Of a stretch of DNA of 64,000 bases, positions 31,002-46,408 are shown one piece after another. The position numbers and the translations under genes are program-made. Location of the stretch: NCBI GenBank assembly GCA_951406725.2, contig OX597839.1, positions 6,386,001 through 6,450,000 on the forward strand, in the 5' to 3' direction. Source of the DNA: Octopus vulgaris (taxonomy: Eukaryota). The notes under the pieces are model-generated. The model was not told the DNA's origin and searched no databases. It worked only from the letters and a program-made list of their open reading frames with translations. Each line of letters starts with the position of its first letter. Position 1 is the stretch's first letter.

Positions 31002-31594
31002 AATAATAATATGTATAATAACAAAGCCATGATATTGACTAAAACTGTGTGAGTATCTTTAACATTGGAGAGGAGGATAACACAATTTACAATACAAGAG
31101 GAAACTCGTAAGTGGTCTCTCAGTATGCTAGAAATAACCAGATCTTCCTCAAATCGTGCAGCGCGTACTTGTCTTAAAAGACACGTTCGATAATGAGGTA
31201 TTTAGTTCCTTGCCCACAGGAATATGACGAGATGGGTCATGGTTAGAGAATCTTTGATCAAAGAGAGATCACCATTTGATCCGCTTTGACCTGGAGGCTA
31301 AACAATAACAGACTCTTATAATATAACACCACGCTAACGAGGACACATTTTGTGGTCTTGAAAATCTACAAGAAATAGCAGCTAAAACTTACTACCGACA
31401 AATCACGCATTGAATAATGTTCCTCCTTACATAGCGCGCAAAAAGACGGTATGGTCGCGGATGGAATGTTTGTGGTTTTTTAGTTCTGGTCAATCATCTT
31501 AAAGCAGACATTACATACATAGAAACAAGTCGATATCGCCTCAGCTATATATTGTTTCAGTCATTTGAATGTGGCCATGCTGGAGCACCGCCTT

Positions 31595-31639
<45 letters not shown>

Positions 31640-31890
31640 TGCGTGTGTGTACAAAACACACTCATCGCTATCTCGTATATGCACACACACACACACACAC
31701 ACACAGCTATAATCAATAAAGATCAACTGCGGGTGTGCGTTGATCACGTACTTCTTTCTATACTTGTTTCACTGAGTAAGCTGCGGCCAAGCGGGAGCAA
31801 GCCTTTCAGGGTGTATTTTTTTTTAACCTATCGCATAACCAACAGAACTGTGATTCTTTGGTAAGTCTGCCCAGTCAAGGCTAATATACA

Positions 31891-31955
<65 letters not shown>

Positions 31956-32154
31956 ACACGGAAGCACGAGTACACACGCTCAAATATTACACATTACACC
32001 ATATACATACACCCACACTATATATATATATACACAGACACAATATACATACATGCACACACACTATAAATATTTATACACTATATATATATATATATAT
32101 ATACATACATTTACACACACTGTGTATATTTAATTTATAGGCACCCGCACACAC

Positions 32155-32198
<44 letters not shown>

Positions 32199-32721
32199 AA
32201 TAAGCAATAAGGATATCCAAGGTAGTGTAGTACAATCGTTTCATGCTACTTCATTTGAATAAACACCCCATTTATAATCACCCCGTTTTTTTATTTATAT
32301 GGATAATACCATACCAAATTCTGGTGCCTTTAACTTAAGTACCATATTCATCTGAATCTTGATAGATAGATAGATAGATATACACGCACATAACTTATGC
32401 CTGCGATGCAAGCAACGAAGTTACCAGAGAAGGTGGTATGTGTGTCAATGTTAAAGTTCTTTCCATGCATGACGTCTAACCATCAGCACACACTCACACA
32501 TAGAGCCGAAGGGTTTATACATCCAGCCTCTTTCTATCAAGCTGTGTTACGTGCTATATGCAAAGTACATTAAAATATATATTTTATACGCAGCCAACAC
32601 GCATATGGAGAGGTATATATGAGTGTATATATATATATATATATATATATTACTCACAATTACCTGAACATATATAGTGCAATATGCGTGCACACACGCG
32701 AGCTTGTGCGTAGCTTTCAGC

Positions 32722-33236
32722 TTTTGCTTTTTGCTTCAGTTATAGGGCTGCGGCCATGCTGGGGCACTCAAATCGATCCTAGTGCTTTTTTAAAAGTTTA
32801 AGTTAGGGAGCATTTATCCTAAAGGTCTTTTGCTGAACCGCTAAGTTACAGGCTCTTAAACCAACACACACACACATACACACATATATATATATAGCGG
32901 GCTTCTTTTAGATTCTGTCTACCAAATCCACTCACAAGGCTTTGGTCGGTCCGAGACTATAATAGAAGACACGCAGTGGGACTGAACACAGAGCCATGTG
33001 GTTGGGAAGCAAACTGCTTACCACGCAGCCACGCCTGCACACACACACATACACACACACACACATATATCTATACGGCGGGCTTCTTTCAGTTTCTGTC
33101 GACCAAATCCTCTTACAAGGCTTTTGTTGGTCTCAGGGTGGTAGCAGATGAAACACACCTAAGTTGCCATGTAGTGGGGCTGAACCCGGAATCATGTGGC
33201 TGGGAGACAAACTTCTTACCAGAGTCACTCCTGCTT
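32722..33236 (-). mobile_element. Two adjacent diverged SINE family A copies (32722-33036, 33074-33236)
   Basis: Repeated gggcttcttt...accaaatcc...acaaggcttt and head motifs. Confidence 0.7.
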
Positions 33237-33377
33237 CTGTCATAGCTAGTGTGTGTGTGGCTCGGGGCAGCCGTGATTTTGGCGACCCTTTACAGTAGAC
33301 CCACATGTGTTACTCCCACTAAAGTGCCACTCAGGGGCAAACCACCCCTAGGTGTCACCCTGTTAGCCACGCTTCTG
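33236..33377. mobile_element. Old hAT-like MITE remnant
   Basis: Ends resemble CAGTGGCGTAGCTAG-type TIRs (ctgtcatagctag ... ttagccacgcttctg); GC-rich subterminal GGGGCA/CACCC motifs. Confidence 0.35.
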
Positions 33378-33892
33378 TACATACTATATAAATTACTGTC
33401 ATCGTAGAGGGTGGGAGATGGGTCATTGTGGCCTATGGACGATTAAGGGTGTATAAGTCGGTTATTCGGGCCCCGGAGACCAGAGACCCTAGGTAGGTGA
33501 TATCCGTGAATACCTGATGGACCAGTGACGTAAAATTATTACTGAAGGGAAAACCCGCAAGTACCTTCGAAAATTGAGTGAACCTGTCCCCGCTGGGATT
33601 CGAAACCTGTTTTGTTACACCTTGCAAAATTACTATCGGGGGTCGCTGGTGATCATGTGTGTGTATACGAAAGAATTTGAGAGTATGTGGAAATAACGTC
33701 ATCGGGTCCTCCAGCGACGGATTTCCGTATTTCGTGCTTGTTTTATCCCGAGGGAAATTTCCGAGAGCTAACAACTAGATAGCTCAGCTAGTCTTTTACC
33801 TTGTAACGGGAAACCCTACAGATAATATATATATATATATATATATATATGTCTGTGTGTGTATATATATACACATACATACATATATATTA

Positions 33893-34141
33893 TTTCTTTT
33901 AATTGTTCCTGTCATTTGACTGCTACCATGCTGGAGCACGGCCTTTAGTCGAACAAATCGACCCCAAGATATTCTTTGTAAGCCTAGTACTATATTTTAT
34001 TGGGGGCCTTATGTCGAACCGCTATGTTACGGGAACGTAAACACGCCAACGTCGGTTGTCAAGCGATGTTGGGGGACAAACACAGACACACAAACACATA
34101 TATATATACACACACACACATATATATATACAATGTGTGTC

Positions 34142-34197
<56 letters not shown>

Positions 34198-34354
34198 ATG
34201 GACTTGTGTCACTTTCTGCCTACCAAACCCACTCACAAGGCTTTGGTCGGCCCGAGGCTATAGAAGACACTCACTCAAGGTGTCACGCAGTGGGACTGAA
34301 CACGGAACCATGTGGTTGGGAAGCAAGCTTCTTACCACACAGCCACTCCTGCGC

Positions 34355-34355
<1 letters not shown>
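33893..34355 (-). mobile_element. SINE family A, full length with expanded internal microsatellite
   Basis: Reverse complement match to the other family A copies. Confidence 0.88.
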
Positions 34356-34400
<45 letters not shown>

Positions 34401-34751
34401 CCGCGCACACAGAGAATCTCTTTTACGGGATATATTTTCAACATTCAGCTGGATTGAAACACCAATGCGAGTAATATATATTCCTTTTACACGTCTCGGT
34501 CATTTGACTACGACCACGCTGGAGCACTGCCTACGTATTCGTGGTATTTACGTACGGGTGAACATTATTTGTCGTCCGTGTATATATTATCTTTAAATGC
34601 ATATTCAGATGTTACCTAGAGAGCCAAACATACAGGTTTGGTTTTATTGACGGTGTGAAAAGTCCTCAATACGTGTGAGAAAGTAGATTTGAAGTTCAAG
34701 GTATAGACAATTCTTCGTACCTAGAGCCATGCCATGCCTTTTATTCAGGCG

Positions 34752-34790
<39 letters not shown>

Positions 34791-34830
34791 ATATACACGC
34801 GTGTGTGAGCATGCGTGTGCACGTCTGTAC

Positions 34831-34862
<32 letters not shown>

Positions 34863-35078
34863 TTATTCATACATATACATTTAAACGTAACTATATGATG
34901 AGAAACAGACATTTACTAATGAAACAAGCAGATTCTGGTCTTGTGGTTATGTGACACACTGACACACACACATTAGAGAGGGGGAAGAGAGGGAGAGACA
35001 GAGATGTGAAAATAGAATAAATGCATACGTATGAGTGTCTGTGTATTATATATATATTTATGAAATCTGTATATATAT

Positions 35079-35126
<48 letters not shown>

Positions 35127-36222
35127 GGGGGGGAGAAAAATAAATAGAATAAGATTAAGCGATAGATAAATATATTTATACATTCATTTGTGTGTGTGTG
35201 TGTGTGTGTAAAGAGAGAGAGAGAGATTAACTATATCAGAGATTTAGATAGAAAATTATCGAGACGTGAATAGATAAATGAATTATATATATATATTAGT
35301 ATAACGCTCAGGAATAGAAAAATATAGGAATATATATATGGTGCTCCAGCATGGCCGCAGTCAAATGACTGAAACAAGTAAAAGAGTATATATATATATA
35401 TACATGTATATATATGTGGGAGGAGGGGGTAGATATATATATTATTTAAAAGGTAAATACAAGGTAGATAGAAATTACATAGATTGATATGAAAAAAAAA
35501 AGATATAGGTGAAACAAAAATCAAACGATTTTATCGATAAATTCACCAGTGTGTCGAACACACAGATACAAACAGCATTCGTACGTGTGTGTGTGTGCGC
35601 GTGTACGCTCACATCCACTTCTTTCTCTCTATATATCTATATCTATATATATATATATATATATATATGTGCGTGTGTGTGTGTATTAATGCCTCTAAAT
35701 CTCTCTATATATATACACACACACACAGATATTCAATATCTCCCTACTTGTAGTTCATTGAAGTCAGTATCCATTTGAAACAGTGCTAACAGCCAACCAG
35801 TTATCACGACTGTGTGCGTGTGTGCGTTATATATACCGATCGTATCGCCTGAGCTCTCTCTTCTATGGCATGTCATTGACTGAGCGTGTGTGCGTCTCTG
35901 TGTGTGTGTGTGTGTGTGTTTATTTCACTGCGGCCATACTGGAGCACCGACTTGAAATGTTCATTAACCGGCCAAATCGTTTCACATAGTTGTAGTAAAA
36001 CTGATATATATATCGTGTCGTTTTATGTACCCCGTTTTTTTTTTTTTTTTTTTTTTTTGCCGACGACCGCTCGGTTCAAAGTCCCTCTTGACCAGAAATG
36101 GCCTGAACTCTTTGTATGACCACCCTCCCTGTACATAACTCCCTGTCCCCCTACATGGCCTTGCTCTTTGCTTTTTGAGCCAATAAAAATTGAATTGAGA
36201 GCGTAAACAGACCAACACATAC

Positions 36223-36334
<112 letters not shown>

Positions 36335-37255
36335 CATACACACAAAAATACAAATAAACGCACGAATAGGTACAAAATACACCCACATATTTGTGTGCGT
36401 GTAGTGGACGTTTGTTATATAAACTTGTTCTATGCCGTAAGATAATTATGGTCGGTTCTTTGTTTAATTTCACCTATGAGTTTTAGGGTAAGCTCACACT
36501 GGAGCACATTCTTGCAGGGTTTCTTTCAATTACATACACACCCACATATCGGATTTCCGCGAAGCTGCCCCTCTACGAATCTCCCAAATACATTTGTCAA
36601 CCCGTGCCTGCTTATAGAAGACACTTGCTCAAGGTGCCGCTCTGTAGAATCGAACCTCACCCACCACACAACAAAGCTAGATCTGTATTCCATTGAATAT
36701 ACATACGTGTCTCTAAATATATTTACTGCCATTACGATATTTACATGTAGTTATAAATGAATATTAAATCTATGCATGTATTTTAATGGTACTTTATTTT
36801 TTGCGCAAACCTACTCCCGGAACGGATGTAAAGTAAAATTGACAGCAACGGGATTTGAACCCGGAATGTAAAGAATTATTAAATAGAAACAGCAGGCATT
36901 GTGAACTGACGTGTATTTATTGTCTGGCCGTAGTTAGAAGTATGATCAAAGATTCCCAAGCTTTCAAAATATCTCCCTCTCATACGCACACACACATATA
37001 GGCACACGCATATAATATATATATGTACACACATACATACTAACATATATACAAACGTATACGCATGTATTTATGTACCCAAGTACGTACATACACACAC
37101 ACATATACGCATATAGCTATGTAAACATAAATACGTACATATACACATATATACCTGCACGCACCCCCATATATATATATATATATATATACGTGTGTGT
37201 ATGAGCCCGTATATAGAAAATACATGTATACGGAAGTTTAGATATATGTGTATGC

Positions 37256-37287
<32 letters not shown>

Positions 37288-37670
37288 GTGTGTGTGTGTG
37301 TGTGTGCGTGTGGAGAGAGAGGAGATGGTGATGATATTCAAAGCATCATACCTTTTTTAAAAAACAGAGTTAGTGTGTGATTTGTAAGGCGATTTAGTTG
37401 CTATTTCTAGCGACCACGTAAATGTTCCATTATTGGCCGAATACGTGTACCTGCTCGCGCGCGCGTGTGCATATGTGTGTGTGTGTAAATGGTGTTCTGA
37501 ATGCGCGTATATTGTAAATTAATAGGTGTTTGCGAATATCCACAACGGAATGTGTGTGTGTGCATCAGGATTAGAGAATCTATGTGCATCTATAGATCTG
37601 AGAAGAAGTGTGCGCATCTAACTTAATTTGTGCGTGTGAGCGTGCACGAGAGGATACGTTTAAAGCTTGT

Positions 37671-37710
<40 letters not shown>

Positions 37711-37798
37711 ATATGTATATACCTGGCTGTGCATATAGTCTTTTCAAATGACTGTACACTTATATATAATTATATATATGCGCGTGTGTGTGTATATA

Positions 37799-37841
<43 letters not shown>

Positions 37842-38227
37842 ATACATATATATGTATATATACACACAATTTAATAAATAAAACATATGCATACATACAT
37901 ATATGTACACACCTACATCTATATGTATGTATGTATGTATATATATATAATATATACGTACGTGGTTGTATGTACATACACTAGTACGTAGTATATACAT
38001 ATATAAACATACATGTTCGTGTATATACACGTGTGTGTGTTGTATATAATATAGACAAACATTTGTATGTGGTATAATTGTGAATATACCTGTGTGTGTG
38101 TATACGTATCTGCGTGTTGAAATATAAACCTTTAACAACTGAGTACGTATGAGTATATATACGTGTGTGTTTGTGCCAATATATATAAGTACATGTATAC
38201 AGAAGTTTAGATATCTATGTATGCGTG

Positions 38228-38262
<35 letters not shown>

Positions 38263-38281
38263 CATATAGGGTGGGACTATG

Positions 38282-38319
<38 letters not shown>

Positions 38320-38362
38320 AAAAGCTCCCCGCACCTCCATGTCCCTTCGGACAAGACAAAAA

Positions 38363-38408
<46 letters not shown>

Positions 38409-38664
38409 TGTGTGTGTGATGGAGAGATACACATATAACAGTGTGTTTCTATGAGCGTGTATATACATATTAGTGTGTTTCTGTGTATACAACGTATTGT
38501 GGCTATGTGAGTGTATATACACTGTCCTTATAACCATTCTTTATCCCGAAAGCAATCTATGTTTTACCAGCCAAGGTATATAGCAATACTATATATACAT
38601 CTGTAGAAATATATAGTGTATGTATATGTATGCACAGGCATGTGTATGTATACAGACACACTAC

Positions 38665-38706
<42 letters not shown>

Positions 38707-39420
38707 TACATGCGCGCACACAAGAGAGGAACAAGACGGTAAAGAATAGTTTAAATGCTGTATATACAGACTCATCGTTTGGAGTTGAATGTTCACGAAT
38801 CCTCACTTCGAGTTTACTCTTGGAGATGATCACACACGCACACACACACACATATATATATACATGTATCAATGTATATTGATTATATATATATGCTTTT
38901 TTTTTAATGTTTACATATATTTATCAATGTATATATATATATATATATATATATGCAGATATGTATATATATATATATATATATATAATGCAGATATGTA
39001 TATATATATTAATGCAGATATGTATATATATATTAATGCAGATATGTATATATATATATATATTAATGCATATATATATATATATTAATGTATGTATATA
39101 TATATTAATGTATATATATATATATATTAATGTATATATACACATTACTGTATATATATATATATATTAATGTATATATACACATTACTGTATATATATA
39201 TATATATATATATTAATGTATATATATGTATGCACATATATGTATATACACACACACACAAATACTCGTACACGCGAAAATACGACAATCCAATTAGAGA
39301 GAGAAAATAGACAGCAAGGTATACGTGTATAATAGCTACATACACGTACATATCTATCTATCTATCTATCTATATATCTATATATATATATATCTATATA
39401 TATATCTATATATATATATA

Positions 39421-39469
<49 letters not shown>

Positions 39470-40061
39470 CACACATATATTCACAATATATATGGGCGTA
39501 TGTTTTCTACAAACATTCACTAAGTTTACAAGTTAAACACCAATTTATTATATATATCTTGTGTCTACAGTAACAATTTGTGTGTATTACACACACATTA
39601 TATATATATATATATGTATGTATGTATGTATAGGTCAGCGAAAGTATATATGAAACTATCAATCTAGGTTTGTGAACAGGTTCATGTGTTTTTATATATA
39701 TGCATATATACATATACACACAGATACATACACACCTATGCGCGCGCGATTTTTGTGCATCAATATGAATAAATGTTTGGTTTGTACGTGCCGTTACATT
39801 TAAATTGATTCCAACTCCGACAGAAAGAGAATGTGAGACAGAGAGACAGATAGACAGATAGATATATATATAGAAAGAAATTTGTTAGCTGAGAGGAACA
39901 GAGTGTGACAGATAAAAAAAATATAGGTGGCTGTAGTGAAGAATGGATGGCTCTCTACCTGAGAATTCTCAGGTAGGTTAATCAATCGATACATAGGTGG
40001 AAAGCTGGACAAATATTTTGATTGATGAATATAGAGATAAATAGATAGATTTGATACACAC

Positions 40062-40103
<42 letters not shown>

Positions 40104-40171
40104 GAATTGATGCTGAGTGGAAAGACACCTTGTAAGGTAGACAGTTAAAACACAGGTAGATAGAGAGAGAT

Positions 40172-40620
40172 TGATATATAGAAAGCCAGATAGATGGCTA
40201 GATATCGAAAGGCAGATAGATGGCTAGATATAGAAAGGCAGATAGATGGCTAGATATAGAAAGGCAGATAGATGGCTAGATATAGAAAGGCAGATAGATG
40301 GCTAGATATAGAAAGGCAGAGAGATGACTAGATATAGTAAGGCAGATAGATGGCTAGATATAGAAAGGCAGATAGATGGCTAGATATAGAAAGGTAGATA
40401 GATGGCTAGATATAGAAAGGCAGATAGATGGCTAGATATAGAAAGGCAGATAGATGGCTAGATATAGAAAGGCAGATAGATGGCTAGATATAGAAAGGCA
40501 GATAGATGGCTAGATATAGAAAGGCTGATAGATGGCTAGATATAGAAAGGCAGATAGATGGCTAGATATAGAAAGGCAGATAGATGGCTAGATATAGAAA
40601 GGTAGATGGATGGCTAGATA
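40172..40620. repeat. 26-bp minisatellite GATAGATGGCTAGATATAGAAAGGCA, about 17 copies
   Basis: Near-perfect head-to-tail units without spacers. Confidence 0.95.
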
Positions 40621-40713
40621 TTCAAGATAGCCAGGTAGATAGATATATGGACAGTTGGATATACAAATTGCTAGATAAATAGGTAAATAGAATGCTAAAC
40701 AGATTGGCATGCG

Positions 40714-40753
<40 letters not shown>

Positions 40754-41109
40754 CACACACACAGAGAAAGTGGAGAAGTAAATGAAGAGACAGGCTCACA
40801 CACACATACACAGCTGGATTCCGCTAACACGAGATATTTTCCTAGATACAGACAGATCCTAGTTATCCTAAACAGACTGACGGATTCTTGAAAAATCTCG
40901 TTGTTGTTATCCGAGATAGACAGAGAGATGAGAGAGAAATTCGGACGTGGTGGAAAATTGTGAATGTGAGTGTCTAATATATTTTACCAAGCGGATGAAG
41001 ACGAATTCATCGAGGAAGAGACGTGAGAGAATTGCCAAGAAATATATAAAGGAGAGAGGTAGATGTTAAGCAGACGATGATAAATATATTGACTGGCAGC
41101 AGACGATAG

Positions 41110-41162
<53 letters not shown>

Positions 41163-41175
41163 TAGATAGATAGGC

Positions 41176-41261
<86 letters not shown>

Positions 41262-41343
41262 GCAGATAGATAGATAGATAGACAGACAGATAGATAGATA
41301 ATATGTAAGCAGACGATGATAAATATATTGACTGGCAGCAGAC

Positions 41344-41392
<49 letters not shown>

Positions 41393-41501
41393 AGAAAGAT
41401 AGATAGATATAGATAGATAGAGCCTAAGAAGGATAAACAAAATCAACTAGATAGGTAGATAGAGAGATAATCAGACGATCGACAAATCGATCAATCGATC
41501 G

Positions 41502-41539
<38 letters not shown>

Positions 41540-41639
41540 ATAGATGAGAGTGTAGGGAAAAATAAGCCCATCAGGAATTGAAAAAAAATCTGACGATAGG
41601 TGTACATGTGTATGTGTGTGAGTATATATATATATATAG

Positions 41640-41689
<50 letters not shown>

Positions 41690-42538
41690 CAAAGATAACT
41701 CAAAACTAGGGGAGAGTGAAATATGCCGAATCATACGATGTCAGATAGATAGATGGATGCTAACATCGGAGAGACTGAAGTAGACGGTAAATGAGACGTT
41801 AAGATTATATAGTTAAGCTAGTTAGAAAAAACGGACAGAAAGATAGATATTACGCATAAGAAAATTGAGGAAGACAAATATATAGAAGCAGACGTAGAAA
41901 GACTGAGACCGACGGTAGATACAGACGGATATATATATATAATGAAGGAAGCGAGACGGATTCACTGAGACAGGCGATAGAAAGATGGCTAGATAGATAG
42001 ATAGACAAACCAACGATGGTGATATTGCGGAGTGAAAAGAAAGAAAGAGGCTGATAAGTTTTGGAAACTGTCAAAACAAAATATAGACTAGTTTATTTCC
42101 CACCGAGAGAAAAATATACAATTTGATGCTATGTAATACTATGAAAATAGAGAATTATGATATGCTATACTGTAAGCAGATAATAGAATCAAAGACGATT
42201 CTAAGTAAATATCTGGTTTTTATTGAAGGGGGAAAAAATGGAATTTGTTAAAGCGACTTATACCTCAAGCGGTATATATGTGTGTATGCATGCGTGTGTG
42301 TATATATATTCATATACATCTGTATATATCGGTTGCGTGTATACATATGTGAGTGTATGTGTGCGTGTATATAAATAAATGCATGCATGTATTTGTGTGC
42401 GTGTTGGTGTTTGTATATGTGTGTATATACATACATATTATCGTGTGTGTGTGTGTGTGTTATGTTTAGAGTTGTAAAGTATATTAAAATATATGTAAAC
42501 ATTATCTGATATAGGACACGCTACGTTTGAACTAATAA

Positions 42539-42583
<45 letters not shown>

Positions 42584-42669
42584 CCTTAAAAATGTTTTAG
42601 CCCGAAGGCCGCGGCCATGCTGGGGCACCACCGCTGAATGAGCTACACTAATTTGTGAATCCACCTCTT

Positions 42670-42763
<94 letters not shown>

Positions 42764-42863
42764 ATGTATATATATATATATAATTAAATACAGTTCGGGT
42801 AATGAAACCTTGCAGAAACAATTGTAGAGATTTTTGAATAAAGAATGTCGTTCATTCCGTTTA

Positions 42864-42895
<32 letters not shown>

Positions 42896-43002
42896 GTATA
42901 TATGTATGTATATATAGGGAGAGAGAGAAAGACAGATAGAGAGAGCGAGCGTTGTGTGTGTGTGTGTGTATGTGTTCGCATTCTTGTTTTTCTTCACTTT
43001 TT

Positions 43003-43209
43003 ATTGGTTTCGATCACTGGACTGCGGTCATGCTGGAGCAACTCCGACAAAGATTTTTTAGTCAAATAGCACTCCCCCCCCCACCGTCTTTTAACCTAGT
43101 ATTTACTATTTTTTTAAATCTTTTTATGTGCATATTTATCCCTTTTCACTCAAGGCACGTCCTCTGTCAAACGCATACACATGACCAAACACACTTGCAT
43201 ATATATACT

Positions 43210-43243
<34 letters not shown>

Positions 43244-43463
43244 CGTGTGTGTGTACACCCACACTCGTGTGTGTGTACACCCACGCGCTTGAAGAAATCC
43301 TGAACAGTTTACCTTCCGACTATCAAATTCTACTCAAAGAATACAACAATCCCGGAGGATATAGTAGAAGACATTGGGGCAATGGTGCGCCGCGCAGTGG
43401 GACCGAACCCGGAACTTTGTCGATGTGATACAAACTTTTTAAATACAAGCTACATTTGCGCCT
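43003..43463 (-). mobile_element. SINE family A, highly diverged
   Basis: ctgcggtcatgctggagca tail and cgcagtgggaccgaacccggaac B-box region. Confidence 0.6.
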
Positions 43464-43933
43464 GAAGAAAAATTTCTTCGAAATATAACAAAATTAAATG
43501 CTAACTCATAATTATTATGAACCAAATAGAAAGAAAGAGAGAGTGTGTGTATTTGTGTGTGTGTGTGTGAAAAAAAATATAACTGCATGAATGTAATTTG
43601 TATAGTTTAATAATTGAAATAACCGCACAAATTTAATTATCCTTTTTTTAAAAAAAATTGTATATAGATGTATATAATGGTATATATTATATACATTGGT
43701 AAAATATAAATACGCAGATATATATGTCTCATATAGGTTTGTCTTTGCACACACGCTCTTGGAGAAACATATACGCAAGCACTAGTTTATAGACAAACAA
43801 CCTCTCATCCTTTTCTGCTATACATATATATATATAAATATATATATATACACACATACACAGGTGTGTGTATGTATGTATATGCATGTATACATGCATC
43901 GCTGTTTATATTTTCTTCCACTTGTTATTGTCA

Positions 43934-43976
<43 letters not shown>

Positions 43977-45021
43977 TTATAGCTGGATTTCGTTCTTCTA
44001 TTTGTTGTTAATAATAATATTAACAATAATAATAATAATAATATTACACCATCGTCATCACCATTATCACTTGTGTCCATCAATGCAATGTGTATATAAA
44101 TATGCTTTTATACATACATGTGTATATATAGGGTTTTTATATATCACTTTTCATGTTTTCTTCGATTTTTTTTTCTCTCCATCTTACAATTATTTTTTTC
44201 TTTCTTACAATAATTTTTTCTTTTTTTTTAAAAAAAAATTCGTCACAAGGGTTGATATAAAGGAAGGAATGATGCAGACATTCTACCTAAAATGTGTATA
44301 TGCATGTATGTGTATAAATATAGGCGAATGTATATTATAAAATGAAAATGAATGAAATGAAAACAAAAATAAAACTGATGTACGGTGTATAAGTAATGTA
44401 TTTTGTATATAAAATGTTGGTGATGTCCCAAAATGAAAAAAAGATGTAAAAAAAATAAATAAACAAACAGGCCAGCCGACCGACAGGTACTTGGGGCCAA
44501 CCGGTGATTCGAAACCCCGATCACCAGATCCAGCATAATCCTCCCTCTCCCTTTCAATGACTGCGTGTGTCTGTATTGGGTATAGGTGGGTGAGTGTGTA
44601 TGAGCAATTATGAATCAGTATATACACACACACATATATATATCTATATACATATCATGTATATACACATATATGTATATATATGTATATATATATATGT
44701 CTGTGTGTGTGTATGTATGCTTATAGAGGTGTGTTTATGTATGCATATATATATGTGTGTGTGTGTATTTTTATGTAAAAGGGATATATACATTGTACGC
44801 ATATGTGTGAGTATATAAACATGTTATTTTTATTATATGTGTATATATACACATTTTGTGTGTGTCAGAAGAGAGAGGAAGGCTTATGAAGTCACAACAA
44901 ACACAACTAACGATACAATTATACGATATACTACAGAGGAAGAAGTGAAGAAAAGACCCAGTTTTCGGTCAGTACTGAAAGATTAAAGTGGCAACAACAA
45001 TAGTACTAGTTAGTATCTTAC

Positions 45022-45112
45022 CTTCTAATGCGTATGTTACAATGAAAACCAAACTAAAATATCCAAATAATAGTAATAAAGCAGCCCATCTGAGTACACT
45101 CCTTGACGCCAT
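45022..45112 (-). CDS. First coding exon of an unidentified secreted or membrane protein (signal peptide MASRSVLRWAALLLLFGYFSLVFIVTYALE, phase-1 intron)
   Basis: Minus strand reads cctataATGGCG...GCATTAGAAG|gtaaga. Good Kozak context (A-3, G+4), in-frame stop about 40 codons upstream with no intervening in-frame ATG, basic n-region plus hydrophobic h-region plus T-Y-A c-region, canonical donor after 30 codons + 1 nt. No downstream exon recognised. Confidence 0.75.
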
Positions 45113-45249
45113 TATAGGTTTACAACACTGAGCAGACGAGCAAGCACACTGCTGCTGCTGCTGCTGATAATGCGATTGGTGCTGTTGTTGGTGTTGTCGA
45201 TGATGATACTGCTGATGATGATAGTATCGTTACTGCTCCTGCTGGTCAT
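45112..45249 (-). other. 45-codon upstream ORF (MTSRSSNDTIIISS...VLARLLSVVNL*) whose TAA overlaps the main ATG (TAATG)
   Basis: ATG at 45249-45247, open to TAA at 45114-45112; the last A is the A of the main ATG. Confidence 0.5.
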
Positions 45250-46369
45250 ACTAATGATGATGGTAGTGATCTCACTGTGACTGTGACGGCTAGCTCGCTC
45301 ACTCGCTCGCTCGCTCGCTTGCTCGCCCTGCTTTGCCTTTGCTTTGCTTTGCTTTGCCTGCCTGCCTGCCTGCCTGCTGCTGCTGATTAATGCTTCTCTC
45401 ACTGGTTTGTTGACGATAATGCTGCTGCTGCTGCTGATGATGATGGTGATAATGCCTTTACCGTTGATGATGGCGACGGCGGCGGCGATTGCGGGTTCTA
45501 CTGCTGTTGATAATGCTGATGCTGCTGTTGATGATAATGCCGTTGTTGTTGATGATGGCGACGGCGGAGGCAGCAGTGGTGAAGGCGGTGGTGATTGCGG
45601 GTTCTACTGCTGTCGATAATGCTGATGCTGTTGATGATAATGCCGTTGTTGTTGATGATGGAGACGGCGGAGGCAGAGGAGGCGAAGGCGGCGACGGCGG
45701 GTTCTACTGCTGTTGATAATGCTGCTGCTGCTGCTGTTAATAATGCCTTTGCTGTTGATGATGGCGACGGCGGCGGCAGAGGTGGCGGCGACGGCGGTGG
45801 TGATTGCGGGGTTCTTACTGCTGTTGATAATGCTGCTGATGCTGCTGTTGATGATAATAATGCCGTTGTTGTTGATGATGGCGGCGGCGGCGGTGATTGT
45901 GGTGGTGGTGGTGGTAGCGGTGGTGAAGCTACTACTGTTGTTGATATTGTTGTTGCTGTTGATAATAATAATAATAATAATAATGATGATGATGATGATG
46001 ATGTTACCGCTACTACTGCTGCTGTTGTTGGTATCGTCGTGGTTTTTGCTGCTGATGATGGTAGTGTTGCTGATATTGCTGCTGCTGTTGCTGCTCCTGC
46101 TGTTGATATAGTTATTGTTGTTGTTGTTGCTGTTGCTGCTGATAATGATGATAATGGTGATGGTGGTGGTGCTGATAGTGATATTACTTGCTACTGCTGA
46201 TAATAGTAGCGCTGCTGGTGATATTACTGCTGCTGTAGTTGTAGGTGATCGTATAGCTGCTGCCGATGATGATGTCGACGACGACGACGACGATGATGAT
46301 GATGATGATGATGATGATGACTTTTTCTTTAACTAAACGATTACGCTTGTTGTTGTTATTATTGTTGTT

Positions 46370-46408
<39 letters not shown>

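Noticed and set aside
32195-32360. Further hammerhead-like remnants (also about 3965-4010)
   Set aside because: Core or stems too degenerate to support a call.
40172-40620. CRISPR-like array
   Set aside because: No unique spacers, no cas genes, eukaryotic context; it is a minisatellite.
45344-46336. Plus-strand Ala/Val/Asp/Gly ORFs and a possible minus-strand Ser/Thr/Pro mucin-like frame
   Set aside because: Block repeats change frame and introduce stops; better explained as non-coding leader.
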